A stretch of 64,000 bases of DNA from Octopus vulgaris. Lineage: Eukaryota. Numbering within the stretch: position 1 is the first letter of the stretch; each line of letters starts with the position of its first letter. Below, in pieces: positions 14,486-27,774 of the stretch. The DNA lies in assembly GCA_951406725.2 (NCBI GenBank), contig OX597821.1:71362001-71426000 (forward strand), in the 5' to 3' direction. Below the pieces are notes generated by a model, which had not been told where the DNA came from, ran no database searches, and worked only from the letters and a program-made list of their open reading frames with translations. Both the position numbers and the translations under genes were made by a program.

Positions 14486-14527
14486 TTACAGTACCGGTTT
14501 CAATCATTGAAACTTTTTCAACTGTAA
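14486..14527 (-). ncRNA. Hammerhead motif with U3/A8 core, in PLE-like repeat 14437-14665
   Basis: ttacag-TTGAAAA-agtt[tcaat]gatt-GAAAC-cg-GTA-ctgtaa; same family as 53017-53262. Confidence 0.65.
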
Positions 14528-14778
14528 CAATTAAATAATTAAATTTAGAAAAATTAAAAGAAAAGTTTTTTTAAAAGAATATTTGCATAGTGTTCAAATA
14601 CAAGGGGAATTTTCCTTGTTTCTGCCTGTCTCTGTCTCTCTTGTTTACTCTTGTGGGTTCGAGGTCGTTATGTGTGTGTGTGTGTGTAGAAGGTTGAAAA
14701 GGAACACACGAGTTGATATGTATAAGGAAAATAAGTCAGAGTAGAAAATGCTAAAATAATTTTATTATGAAGAATATT

Positions 14779-14817
14779 TTAGAACCGGTTTCAGCCTTTG
14801 TGACATTTTCAACTTAG
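14779..14817 (-). ncRNA. Diverged second U3/A8 hammerhead copy
   Basis: ag-TTGAAAA-tgtc[acaaa]ggct-GAAAC-cg-GTT-ct. Confidence 0.45.
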
Positions 14818-15024
14818 AGTAAAGCATGAAAAACAATTAAATTGTGGAAAAATTAAATGAAATGCTTTTTAACATCCTTCAGAACATTCCCCTACTAAAA
14901 AAGAGATCACACAATGAATTTAATCCTCGAAACGCACACCATCATAAAGAGCAAAGGATAACCCAAATCTATGAAAAGTCTCCTAACACAGTGTTGTTGT
15001 CGAGTCCAAATGGTGGAAGAAAAT

Positions 15025-15545
15025 GGAGAGAAATGGCAGGCGAGTCAGTTGTTATTTGCTGATGATAGAGCACTGGTAGCGGATTCGGAAGATCAGCTGA
15101 GGAGACTGGTGGTGGAGTTTGGAAGAGTGTGTGAGAGGAGGAAACTGAAAGTGAATGTAGCTAAGAGTAAGGTGATGAGATGTTCGAGAGATGGAATGGC
15201 TGGTAGGATGGATGTGAGTATAAATGGTGAAATGTTAGAGGATGTGAGTGTTTTTACGTATCAGGGATCACAAGTGACGGAGGTAGGATATAAAGTGAGG
15301 GAGGGGAGGGGAGTAAGAGATTTGGAGTTGTGAAAGGTATTCTGGGAGATAAAAGATTGAGTATGAACGCGAAAAGAGGTGTGTATGTGGTCGTGATTGT
15401 GCCGACAATGTTATATGGTGAAGAGACGTGGGGTCTGAAAGAATTGGAAAGGAGGTGACGAGATGTGTTTGAGATGAGATGTTTCAGGGCTATGGTTGGT
15501 ATGACACGGATGGATAGGCTGTGGAATGAGGAGGTGCGAAGGTGA
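15025..15545 (+). mobile_element. RTE-clade LINE RT fragment
   Basis: QLLFADD..LVADSE..L...KLKVNVAKSKVM, then VPTMLYG.ETW and VFEMRCFR. Confidence 0.88.
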
Positions 15546-15807
15546 GCATATATAAATGTAAGTATACTTATATATATACGCACATGTATATGTATACATA
15601 TATATGAGTGTATATATGTTCCTACACACACACATAAATTTAATAACTGAGAAATTATTATACATTACTTTTAGTTAGTTAATCATTTATTTACGCTGAA
15701 TAATTAAATGGTTAATGACTCAGCAATCAAATTAACAATCTGTAAATATTTTTAATGAATACTTTCCTCTGTTCGCTACTACATAAATACATACACACAT
15801 ACATGCA

Positions 15808-15877
<70 letters not shown>

Positions 15878-16700
15878 CATACATACATACATACATACAC
15901 ACATATACAAAACCTATATTTTGTATCCATTAAAATGATACAATACTCTATACAACTCAGCCCCGGGTTAAAGATGAGTGGAATCTATTTTAATGCTTCG
16001 GTGGACATTTCACGTTTTTTCCTGGGGTAAAATAAAGTACTAAAACGAGGGGAAAATATTTGAAAAACATTAAAATACCTCAGGAATAAGAAAACAGATT
16101 AAGAAGAAATCAGAAAAAGATAAAGCTGGAAGTTTATTTGATTAGTTGATAGACGGAATGCATACACACACACACACACACACGCACACACACACATGCT
16201 CGCACGCACACACGCACACGCACACACATATGCACCCACGCATACAGCCAGTTGTCAAGAAAGCTTTTCTAATACAAGGCTGAGGCCGAAAAGTACACAA
16301 CACTATTTTCTAACGGTATTTCCATGTTTATCTTCAGCGTAATACACATCATCATCATCATCATCATCATTAGCAGCCACAGTAACGACAACCCGTGTAA
16401 TAGTTAGTCATCATCATTATCATCACTATCATCATTTTCCCCTATTTCTTCTTCTCCATCCTCTTCTTAGTATTTAAATATTTTCGCCGCTAAGTTCCTG
16501 CCTTTACTATGTGCAATGTACCCTGGTACATGCATCATACTTTCGCTTTGCAAAATATATTCTTTAGCTTCTACCTTTTTTTCTCTTCCAGTAAATTTCC
16601 TCTTTTCCAGTACTTCTCGAAACCTGAGGGTTGCCGAATGACAACATTTTCCACATACTTGATCATCATTTTTTTTAATTATCAGAGCACCTTTTATGAA

Positions 16701-16905
16701 GATTACACAATTCCTGTCAGGTATCCCAGATGAACCAACTTCACGGCAGGAGGTGCAGATGAGGGCAGCTGCATCGAACTCACTCATGCAACAAATGGCA
16801 GTTGCTAAAAAGCTTTCGTGAAGTAAAACCATGTAGCAACACCAAATGGCGGTGCCCCAGCATGGCCACAGCTCATGAGCTGAAACTAGAATCAATCAAT
16901 CAATC
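16701..16905 (+). mobile_element. CR1/L2-group LINE extreme 3' end; tail shared with SINE B
   Basis: FLSGIPDEP...RAAASNSL C-terminus; ggcggtgccccagcatggccacagctcatgagctgaaac followed by (aatc)n. Confidence 0.75.
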
Positions 16906-16966
16906 ATGCCTCAAAATAATAATAATACCCCCACACACGCACATATATATATATATGCATACATAT

Positions 16967-17250
16967 TTTATAATTATGTACATAATTATAACAAGGGATT
17001 GACTTTACGCCTCACCACGCACTGTAGAAATAGACGCCAAAGGCCCCATTACCACATTCAAATCTCCGAGAATAACACACTATATTATAGGCGAGCAAAG
17101 AAAAAACAATGAATCAACAACTTTTCGGTTAAGCACGTACAAGTTCCTGTTTCAAGCTTAAACTAAAAAAAAATATTACCTATTGGTCTCATCAGTGCGT
17201 GGGGAGGCGTAAAGCTAATCCCTTGTTATAATTGTGAATATAATTATAAA
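16967..17250. mobile_element. Fold-back PLE-like element
   Basis: Arms 16967-17024 and 17193-17250; minus-strand CTGATGA at the arm junction. Confidence 0.55.
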
Positions 17251-17603
17251 GTATTTTGTAAAATTTACCTTTGAGGTTTTTATTTCCGCGCTGACTACCG
17301 GATAAAATCTTTAATGATTTTACCCTTTATTATAATATATATATATATATATAGTATAAAAGGGATGGACCCTTGTTAAAATTGCAGTGATTAGGATGCA
17401 TAGTTGCATACAAACAATGTGAAGTCGCTGCAGCAGAAACTTATGGAGGCCCGAGTTATATTATGTTGCAGAACACTTGCGATGTGAATAAGTCTCCACT
17501 CTTCTCTTCGCTATCTATTTTGTTTTTTGTTCGTCTGTGCATTTAGTATGTATTCCCATGTCTTTTTACCTACACGTTTTTTTCTAATTATATATATTTA
17601 TAC

Positions 17604-17649
<46 letters not shown>

Positions 17650-17664
17650 CATTATATAGATATA

Positions 17665-17865
17665 AAAACGAAGAAAAAGACAAGAAAAAACAACGCTACG
17701 GCGTGGTGGATGCAAGTTATTAGCAGACGCTCAGGGGAGGAAAGAAAGGTGGTTTCATTTTTGAGCAAAGCTCTTCTTCAGAAACAGGAGACAAAGGAAA
17801 GGCCAAGAGAAAAGGAAGACGGAGGAAAAAAATTCGCCAAAGACCCACATGTTGTTACATTTTGA
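17665..17865 (-). mobile_element. PLE-like repeat of the gagc/gctc-stem family with degraded hammerhead
   Basis: Similar to 19948-20100 and 52095-52290; CTGAAGA-a-gagc[ttt]gctc present but GAAAC is lost. Confidence 0.55.
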
Positions 17866-17924
17866 AATGTGTATATACACACAAGTATGTCATGTTTTCT
17901 GTTTGTTGTCTTTTTATTTAATCC

Positions 17925-17978
<54 letters not shown>

Positions 17979-18523
17979 TTTTGGGCATGTCCCTAGTAGT
18001 TAACCGCTAAAGCTCGTTCACCAAATATGGCTACCCGATGTCATCCACGGTATTTTCACAATTGTCGCTGGATCTACCTCAAGAATCCCTCGGTGTGCAT
18101 TGAGTATATAACAAACGATGGCGACGGAAAATGGAATATACAAGAAACTTTATTGCTCCCAATGATTGTTTCGACGCATCTTGCATCGATCCCTCGTGGA
18201 TGGGATACTGTGCAACTGGTTGTGGTACATCACTTGGTGCATAAGTCTCTCGTCAAGTGATGCTATAAGGCGCATCTCGTTAAATAAAACCTGTTTTGCT
18301 CGGTTTTAATACTGCATGTTGTTAGTGACTGAAGCTTTAAGATTTAAAGACTGGCGAGGGACATATACTGTTGTCTACATTTTTTCAAAGACAGGGAGTA
18401 AAGAAGAAAAATAAGAATAAGAAAAAATAAAATATACAATAAAGTAAAAAATTATATCTGTAATACACACATAGAGTTACTTCCGTACCTATTCTTGTGG
18501 TTCTGCGTACATACACACACACA

Positions 18524-18624
<101 letters not shown>

Positions 18625-18724
18625 ATATGCGCAGTTAAGTAGATGTCATTAAACTTTTTGATAAAAGTTCAAGCATTCTTGTTTCACGCTGTGAGCCCAG
18701 GCACAGCTTTTGTTTGTCGTATAT

Positions 18725-18767
<43 letters not shown>

Positions 18768-18769
18768 TA

Positions 18770-19405
18770 TAATGAAGGAAAGTAGTGTATACAGTACTCA
18801 GGTACACTGTTTCTGGGATACTTTTTATATCCCTTCATTGGAGACGGTGCGAGAAAAAGGACATGATGTGTACGGTTGGCGGATTTCAGGAAGATTTGAA
18901 GGATGTAGTGTCCTGACAGCTAATGACTGATGCAGGCAGTTTATTCCACGCTTCAACAATTCTGAGTGGGAAAAAAATGTTTCTGAAAGTCATGGTTGCT
19001 GTGTTGTTTTTCGATTTTATAAGCGTATCCGCGAGTGTTTGTCATATGGAATTCAAAAAGTTGACTAAATTTGTTGTAGGAAAGATGGTGGATAATCTTG
19101 TGAATATCTATCAAGTCAGTTGCCAGACATCTGAGCTTCAATGTGTCAATGTCCAAGGAAGCAAGACTTTCAGAGTATGGTAGATGTCTGACGGCGGGTA
19201 TTCGTTTTGTCGCACGTTTCTGAACAGTTTCCATGAGATTTATATGCTGAGCAAGTTAGGGGTTCCAGGCTGGTGATGCAAATTCCAAGTGTGGACGTAC
19301 CATTGTCGTATAGACAGCTGGAGAGCGACTGACAACGGTCTTTCTGAGTGAAGCTAGGAAACCCTCAGCCGTCTTGACAATCTTAGAGATGTAGTTTGTC
19401 ACCAT
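18770..19405 (-). mobile_element. CR1-group LINE 3' fragment
   Basis: YTTMVRPHLEFASPAWNP...ETVQKRATKRIP...HFFPTQ. Confidence 0.85.
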
Positions 19406-19744
19406 TGTCCTGTTTTTGTTCCCAACTTTGACCCTCCATAAATCCAAAATTTTATTTGGTACTTATGGGAGAAACTGTCTTCGAAGACTCATATTGCCGT
19501 TCAACGCTCGAACTGAGGAGTAGATAGGCAGCCGACAACTGATGAAGGGTCGTTCTTTGTGTTACATGTCCTGTTTTCCATTTTCTCTCGTTGTTTGCGT
19601 ATTCAACTCGCTTGTTTTCGTACTTTATGTTATTTACAGTTGGTGACGTCCTGTACCCATATACAGACCATAGTTAAGCTCCAGGTTCGGTGATTATGCG
19701 AATAAGGAGTCCAACGTAGGTCATATATTAGCATGTGTATATAT

Positions 19745-19935
19745 AAAAAAAAATTCAGAATGAAATTTCAGAATGAGATAAAAAACCAAAGCTGTGAAGA
19801 TTCTAGAACATTTATAAATAGATGGTCTTACACCTGTTTCTGGGATACTTTTTATATCCCTTCATTGGAGACGGTGCGAGAAAACGGTTAAGCAATAGTT
19901 AATTTAGATAAGATATGAAATAGAGAAATATGAGA
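19745..19935 (-). mobile_element. PLE-like repeat with decayed hammerhead (19825-19872)
   Basis: Same family as 53545-54300; core decayed to CCAATGA. Confidence 0.6.
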
Positions 19936-20048
19936 TATATATATATAGTTAATCCAAACATGAAAACACAAAGAGAAAACACAACAACGCGAGGACGTGG
20001 AACAAATATAGTATTATTGGACGCTCAGGAAAGAAGGGAAGAAGGAGG

Positions 20049-20083
20049 GTTTTACGTTTCGAGCGGAGCTCTTCGTCAGAAAC
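20049..20083 (-). ncRNA. Intact 35-nt minimal type I hammerhead
   Basis: gttt-CTGACGA-a-gagc[tcc]gctc-GAAAC-GTA-aaac. Confidence 0.8.
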
Positions 20084-20459
20084 AGAGGAAAAGGAAAGAT
20101 ATATTATTATTATTATTATTATCGTTGTTGTTGTTGTTGTTGTTGTTGTTGTTATTATTTAAATGTCACAATACATGTATTAAAGCGAGTACTAGATTTT
20201 ATATATATATATACAAATATATACTCTCACAAACATATTCGCCCACTCCCACATATATATCTATATGTATACACACACACATATCAATATATATATATAT
20301 ATATATCATAACATTTTTATATACATACGCATACATTCACCCACTCCCACATATATACCTATATGTCTTATTGCAACATGCATCCCAGGGACAGATTCGG
20401 AGTTCGTTATCTAAAGATCCAGGTACCCATAAATGCTAATTAAGTCAATGAATTGTGCC

Positions 20460-21330
20460 TATCATATTTTGGCAAAAGTGCATTTCGTAGCATGCAAGCA
20501 TCTTACTATTCTTTCTAAAATTTATCATTGATCCGTTCCAAAATCCAAAAAATGCATAGCGATTCCTCGAAGTATAGTCTGCACCTCCTGCAGGGGACAT
20601 CGTATGGTTGTGCGTACTTTATTATGGACCAAGTCAGATAATCTTTTATCGTATCAGATTTTTGTTGCCACAGAAAATCTGCCAATGATGTTGAAGTGCC
20701 TCTTGTTGACTTGTCGGAGATATGGTTTCGATAGAAACTTTTGAACGAACCAGCCGTTGCGCCTACGTACACGAACAGGCCTTCCCTTGTGTGCACGACG
20801 CACCTATATAGAACCTTGCCACTCATGCAGAGTTTATTGAAGGAGAGTTTTGATTCATCCCTGCACGAGCATTTGTTATAGATTGTTTTTTGTCTACGGC
20901 TGCTGCTCTCAGTTCTCATCACCGTTACTCTTGTCTTTACGTCACTATTCCTTATCCTATTAGTATGTGGCCACACTGGGTTATTTATGATCCGTTTGCC
21001 AATATTCGTCTTATTGTTGTAACTATTATGTCATATATATTGTACTTCATTACTGCTGGTCAAGCAAGCAATGGATATCCCTTGTTTGGTTAGGGGCCTA
21101 TTGGGTGGTTCAATTTTCTATTATCAATCTGAAGTATGTGCTGCGTTAAGTTACTAGCGTTGGCATAAGATACCTTCACAAGATGTATGTTAAATATAGT
21201 ACGATACCTATTTGATTTAGGGAAGCATCTATAAAGAGCGGCGAAAAATTCTTTTGTGATCCTTGATAAAACGTGTGACCGGTGGACAGGGTTATACCAG
21301 AGGACAATGCATTGTTTCTATTTCTCATTT
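20460..21330 (-). mobile_element. Penelope-like retroelement ORF remnant: post-RT linker plus GIY-YIG endonuclease
   Basis: WYNP...CFPKSNRYRTIFN...VKVSY, then CSC...VLYRC...YVGAT...F..Y.NH...STSLADFLW...WSII..A.PY....C.L...E. Confidence 0.8.
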
Positions 21331-22125
21331 GGTTTATTGGTTCTAGTACGCTGTGCGAGATTAAGGCTATTTATTGTGTTGTAGTGAAATTGTGGTGTCT
21401 ATGCCTAAGAGTCTCTGCGCTCACGTTGGTATCATGATTAATTCTTTTTGGCTTGTGTGGACATTCCGTGCCGATAACGTTTTAGGTAAGTGCACGTTTT
21501 TGTGCAGCCTGTGTCATTACTGGTGGTGTGCTTGTCAGAGTTGTGTGTATCATTATTGTGTATGTTTTCTAGTTTCTCACTGTAACCTTTTAATTTGTAA
21601 CTTTACTGTATATTTTGTGCTTTTTAGTCTTATTTACTTCGTGTCAGTTGGGATATAGCAATACAATCAGAAAATATTGTCCTTTTCTCACTAAAGACAG
21701 TAAGATTTTGATCTAAGATGGAGTTGTTTGCTATTTCTAGCAGGTTGCACGACGACACTTGTTCCAGGACACTGAGCATTAAACCATCACAACAAAATGG
21801 TGAGAATCATGACAATCAGAGAATAAGATCGCGAAAATACCAGCTACAAGGCTTGAACCAATGAATCTTGTACAAGTAGCGTTCAATATATTAGACATTT
21901 CACCCCAGGAAAACAATTGGGAGCAAGATAAATAATTACATATAAATACATAAAGATAAATGCGTTTACACACATACATGCAATCACATATACATAAATA
22001 CACATTAAATAGAGTCAACTATACATTAAGATTTATAGTGAAAATATAGCGAAACACCTGTCTTGTGGTAGCCATTTAAAGTGCAAACAGGGATACTCAT
22101 ACAAACACAGACACGCGCTTTTATG

Positions 22126-22219
<94 letters not shown>

Positions 22220-22841
22220 AGTGTATTTACATACATATATATGCATACAAAAATACATACCTACATATATATGGTTGTATGTAAGTCTTGTGTGTGTATA
22301 ATATATGTGTATGTATGCACGCATATATGATAGTATGTTTGTGCAGATTTATGTGAATATAATGTGCTATGATTGCGTGTCTGTATGTGTTTGCGTTTCA
22401 AGAGAATGCAATAAAACCGTCAAAAATGTATTTATGAAACACGCGCCGAAATACTTTCCATTCCTCGACTGAAAAAGACCATGAAGATAAAAGTGGAGAT
22501 GAGAGACGACCGTGCCGGATCGGACAGTTTAAAGTCACTCATCCGTATATAATGAGGCAAAGGATATCGAGAAAGAAAAGAGGAGATAGATAAATTAGTA
22601 GATAGATAGATATGGTCAGAAACGGTCAGAGACAGACAGACAGACAGAGAAAATGGAAGTGTGTGAATAAATTAGTAAGCTATAATGGGGATAGTGAAGG
22701 GCTGTGTTCTCATATCGCTCTTTCTACGGATTTTAAACTGAAATTTATTTCATGCATTATATTTATCGAATGGAGAAGTTACATTTTTGACACAGAACTA
22801 GTTTTAAGTGGCAGTGTAGTGTCAAATATTCCTTATCGTAA

Positions 22842-22900
22842 TCTCTACTGAAGAGGGGGAAATCCGTAGGATTATTCCCCAAATTGATTCAACATAGAGA
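22842..22900 (+). ncRNA. Degenerate type I hammerhead (G12 missing, U16.1 changed to C)
   Basis: tctcta-CTGAAGA-gggggaaatcc[gta]ggattattcccc-AAA-ttgattcaa-CA-tagaga; stems I and II intact. Confidence 0.5.
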
Positions 22901-23072
22901 TAACGAATTTTTAAAAAAAATTCTGTTGGCTTGGCTTCTTCGATTTCAGCACGACGTGTATTCATGGTGAATGTATATTGTAATGTGGTGATTGACGATT
23001 TAAAGTCTATTCTCAGCATATTGGCATAGAAACCTTTTTTCTTTTGCCCTTGTTTATAAAATAAATCTGTAC

Positions 23073-23169
<97 letters not shown>

Positions 23170-23318
23170 TGTATGTATGTATGTATGTATATGCGTGAGT
23201 TGATGTGCTAAACAGTGACTAAGAGTAAAATAAACTTAACAGCAGCTCAAATACGTCTGAGAGATATCTGGACCAGTGAAAATGCTTTGGGTTGATTGTC
23301 AAGGAGAAGTAACCTCGT

Positions 23319-23383
<65 letters not shown>

Positions 23384-23452
23384 TGTGGTGTGTGTGTGTG
23401 TGTTTGTGTGTACACAGATATTTATATCGGTTTCAAATTGTGATACATACAC

Positions 23453-23880
23453 AGCAATTTTGAAGGAGGGGTAAGTCGATTACATTGACCATAGTACATA
23501 ACTGGTACTTTTTCTATCGATCTCGAAAGAATGAAAGGCGAAGTCGATTTCGGTGGAATTCGGACTTAGAATGTAAAGACGGACGAAATGACTATTTCTT
23601 TACTACCCACAAGGGGCTAAACACAGAGAGGACAAACAAGGACAGACAAACGGATTAAGTTGATTACATCGACCCCAGTGCGCAACTGGTACTTAATTTA
23701 TCGACCCCGAAAGGATGAAAGGCAAAGTCGACCTCGGCGGAATTTGAACTCAGAACGTAACGGCAGACGAAATACGGCTACGCATTTCGCCCGGCGTGCT
23801 AACGTTTCTGCCAGCTGCCAGACGAACGAAATGCCGCTAAGCATTTTGTCAGGCATACAAACAATTTTGCCAGCCCGCCG

Positions 23881-23882
<2 letters not shown>
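23453..23882 (-). mobile_element. Young SINE A nested inside an older SINE A
   Basis: TSD agacg(g/a)acgaaatg at 23577-23590 and 23820-23833; old head resumes after 23833. Confidence 0.85.
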
Positions 23883-23941
<59 letters not shown>

Positions 23942-24603
23942 ACACACACACATATATATATATATATTTATTGATGTTGTATTTCTTCAGGGCAAAAATA
24001 TTTTTAATTTAGTTACGTAATGCTTCAAGATCTCAATATAGAGACATATATTTAAATACTACTCTTCAAAAGGGTGGCGTTTCTGTGTGATTTAGCCAAT
24101 CCCACGGATAACTTAGTAACAAAGGTTGTATTGTAGCTTATCTCTCGCTCAACACAGATAACGCATTTCATTGACTTAAGTAATCCACCATCAAATGTGG
24201 GCTGATAGCTGGCAGCTGGTTAAGCATCAACGATGACCTGATGAAGCATCTCTATCTTAGAAGGACCAATAAATTTACACAGCAGAGAAAAAAAAACGAT
24301 CAACAAATGTAATAAACATCTACCAATGTATGCATCACAAGACTACAATAGTTAACTGGTAATGATTGACCGTTTGTATGTAACGTTAGTCTAAAGATAA
24401 AACTGCAGACCCGGAATTAGATTAGAACTTCACAGTCAAGACCACAAAAAGCAAAATAGACATCAGCAGAGTTGAGAAAAACAACGGCAAAACACAGATG
24501 TTTTGTAATTTTGGCGAGAAGAAAGATTGAACAATTCGTGTAAGAACAAAGCTACAACACACACATATATTATATATAAACGTGTATATGCATGTATATA
24601 TAA

Positions 24604-24644
<41 letters not shown>

Positions 24645-24680
24645 GCACACACACACACACACATATATATGTATATATAT

Positions 24681-24891
24681 ACTCTTTTACTCTTTTACTT
24701 GTTTCAGTCATTTGACTGCAGCCATGCTGGAGCACCGCCTTTAGTCGAGCAAATCGACCCCGGGACTTATTCTTTGTAAGACCAGTACTTATTTTATCGG
24801 GATCTTTTTGCCGAACCGCTAAGTGACGGGGACGTAAACACTCCAGCATCGGTTGTCAAGCAATGCTAGGGGGACAAACACAGACACACAA

Positions 24892-24932
<41 letters not shown>

Positions 24933-25120
24933 CATATATACGACAGGCTTCTTTCAGTTTCCGTCTACCAAATCCACTCACAAGGCATTGGTCGGCCCGG
25001 GGCTATAGCAGAAGTCACTTGCCCAAGATGCCACGCAGTGGGACTGAAGTGGCATCTTAGGCAAGTGTCTTCTGCTATAGCCCTGAGCCGACCAATGCCT
25101 TGTGAGTGGATTTGGTAGAC
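24681..25120 (-). mobile_element. SINE family B with inverted duplication of its 5' part
   Basis: Arms 24963-25034 and 25049-25120. Confidence 0.88.
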
Positions 25121-25138
25121 ATATACATATATATATAC

Positions 25139-25187
<49 letters not shown>

Positions 25188-25271
25188 TGTATGAGTGTGT
25201 GCACGCGTTCGTATGTATATATATATATATATATATCTACATATATGTGTATGTACATTTATATGTATATA

Positions 25272-25425
25272 TGGTTGTGTGGTTAGAGGTTTGCTTCCCA
25301 ACCACATGGTTCCTGGCTCAGTCCCACTGTGAGGCACCTTGGGCAAGTGTCTTCTACTCTATCATCGAGCCGTGCAAAGGCTTGTGAGTGGATTTGGTAG
25401 ACGGAAAGTGAAAGGAGCCCGTCGT
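25272..25425 (+). mobile_element. SINE family B 5' portion (tRNA head and CORE-like ccttgggcaagt)
   Basis: A-box-like tggttgtgtggtta; similarity to the 54841 copy. Confidence 0.8.
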
Positions 25426-25432
25426 ATATATA

Positions 25433-26400
25433 TTAGGTTGTCAAAACATTTCTTGCGGTTTTTAACCTTTAAATCCAGATGCACATATCTCGGCTCAAAC
25501 AAAACTTTATTAATCGAAATAAACACCATCAGAGTCAACACACTTTTGCCAACGCGAAACAAGTTTATTTATGCCAGTAGCGTAAAAATCTTGCGTTCTG
25601 GTGATGATGAAGTCGTTGAATGCGTGTTTGACATCTTCTTAGTTTTTGAAGTATTTCTCACGCAGGAAGTTGTCGAGATGCTCGAAAAATTGTTAGTCGG
25701 TAGGTGAGAAGTCTGGTGAGTATGGCGGATGAGGCAGAGTTTCGTAGCCCAATTCGTTCAACCTCTGCAGAGTCAGTTGTGCGATGTGCGGCCGAGCGTT
25801 GTCGTGAAGAGGAATTGGACCTTTTCTATTGACCAATGCTGGCTGTTGTTGTCGGAGTTTCTTATGCATTTCATCCATTTGCTGACAGTACTTCTCCGCC
25901 GTAATGGTTTCGCCTGGATCCAAAAAGCTGTGATGGATGAGACCGGCCGCAGACCACCAAACAGTCACCATGACCTTCTTTTGGTGCAACTTTGGCTTCA
26001 GGAAGTGCTGTGGAGCTTCTTCGGCGTCCATCCACTGAGCTGAGCGTTGCTGGTTGTCATAAAGAATCCACTTTTCATCCCAAGTAACAATCTGGTCGAG
26101 AAACAGGTCGTTCTTCTTGCGTAAAAGAAGGGAAGACGACACTTCAAAACGGCGTTTTATCCCTTTTTCTTTGTTTTTTTTTTTTTTGTTGTTGTCATTC
26201 AATTCATGCGGCACCTATTTCTCAAGTATTTTTGTTTTTCCTACCGCTTTCAAGTGGTTAGAAATTGTCGTATACGTTACGTCTAATTCAGAAGCAAGCT
26301 CTCTAACAGTTGTGTGTGGATTGGTTTCGACTAAGGCTCTTAGTTGATCGTTGTCAACATCACTGCGCAAATTCACCGAATATGATTTTAGCATTTCGGC
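25433..26400 (-). mobile_element. mariner (DD34D) transposase pseudogene, 5' end missing
   Basis: VPHEL, IVTWDEKW, HDNARPH, HPPYSPDFSPTD; TIR TTAGGTTG at 25433. Confidence 0.92.
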
Positions 26401-27081
26401 ATTTTTCAATTAAAGCCGACCAAAACTGCGCTTGCGCGGTGAATTTTGAAAATTATAATGATGGGGCACGTGTTATTTGTGTCTAAATTATATGTTAATG
26501 TTTTGGCACGGTTACTGATGAGGATTGGCCTAGAAAATTATTTTATTTGCTAAAGAAATCTGAAACCTAGGTATAACCGTAAAAAATAATAGGGTAAAAG
26601 TTTTTATTTTTCATTCCCTTCGAAAATTGCTCTTAAATGTGGTTCTGGTCGTTTTGACTACTTCTTCTGGCGTGTAAAAATTACCTGTTGAGTATATCTA
26701 CACACACACACACACACACACATACACACACACACACATACACACACACACACATACACACACACTCACACACACATATATATATATATCTTTAGTTAAA
26801 TATATTCAATGAGAATATTATTTACTGAATTTATATTGAGTGCTCTACTGTATCAAAGTATTAATACTATTACAGTATTTATGTATTTTTATTAATAATA
26901 TATTATTATTAATATTAGGACATCAATATCAAAAAAATATACACGTGTGAAAAATGATTGTTGTATTAAAAATATATAAATAAATAAATATAAATATGTA
27001 TAAAAATATATGTAAATATGTATAAGTATAAATATGTAATGTATATGACAGTTTAAAAGTTTGAATTAATTATTTAAAGCA

Positions 27082-27135
27082 TCTTACGATCGTTTCACAA
27101 CAATTATTTTTCACACGTGTATATCTTTCAGAAGA
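27082..27135 (-). ncRNA. Degenerate hammerhead motif
   Basis: tct(t)-CTGAAAGA...GAAAC-gatc-GTA-aga; palindromic ACGATCGT stem III. Confidence 0.4.
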
Positions 27136-27192
27136 GTTTTGATATTTATTTCCTAATTTTAATAATAATATATTAAATATATATACATACAT

Positions 27193-27282
<90 letters not shown>

Positions 27283-27360
27283 GTGTGTGTGAGTGTGTAT
27301 GTATGTATGTATGTATGTATGTATGTATGTATGTATGTATGTATATATATATATATATAT

Positions 27361-27774
27361 ATAAACAAGAAAAAAAACAACAAAAATGGATCAATATTTC
27401 GGTACAATTGTTTCGTACGAAGACCACCTATAGTAAGGCTGCAAATATTGCAGATGGATTTACATTTTCATTTTCTGTGAAACTAAGAGCTTTTTTAAAA
27501 TACTTTTTTAAAACCTGTTATATGACTGTGCAACATTAAAGAACTTTGGAAGTCCGTTTATTATCGAAATCTGATTTTTATAGAACTATCCCTGATGTTT
27601 CAGGAGTGTAGCCTCACCCCTTTAGATGTTTTGAGAGCTCAGATGTTTTTTCGGCTGATGAGTACGGGTCACTTGTATTTGCTGCAATATTTGCAGCCTT
27701 AATAAAGGTGGTCTTCGTACGAAACAATTGTACCGAAATATTGATCCATTTTTGTTGCTTTTTTTCTTGTTTAT
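27361..27774. mobile_element. PLE-like element with inverted partial terminal repeat
   Basis: 27361-27453 is the reverse complement of 27682-27774; abuts (TA)n. Confidence 0.75.
27649..27738 (+). ncRNA. Intact type I hammerhead ribozyme; predicted cleavage after A27732
   Basis: tttcgg-CTGATGA-gtacg...cgtac-GAAAC-aatt-GTA-ccgaaa; 6-bp stem I, palindromic ACAATTGT. Confidence 0.88.

Noticed and set aside
17130-17200. Hammerhead on the minus strand (CTGATGA...GAAAC...GTA)
   Set aside because: Stems I and II do not close; counted only as a relic.
18160-18262. TTGACGA...gtcGAAAC hammerhead-like motif (-)
   Set aside because: Cleavage triplet and stem I are not recoverable.
20515-20976. Selenocysteine-encoding (Naiad-type) PLE
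   Set aside because: No in-frame UGA at Cys positions and no SECIS identifiable in this fragment.
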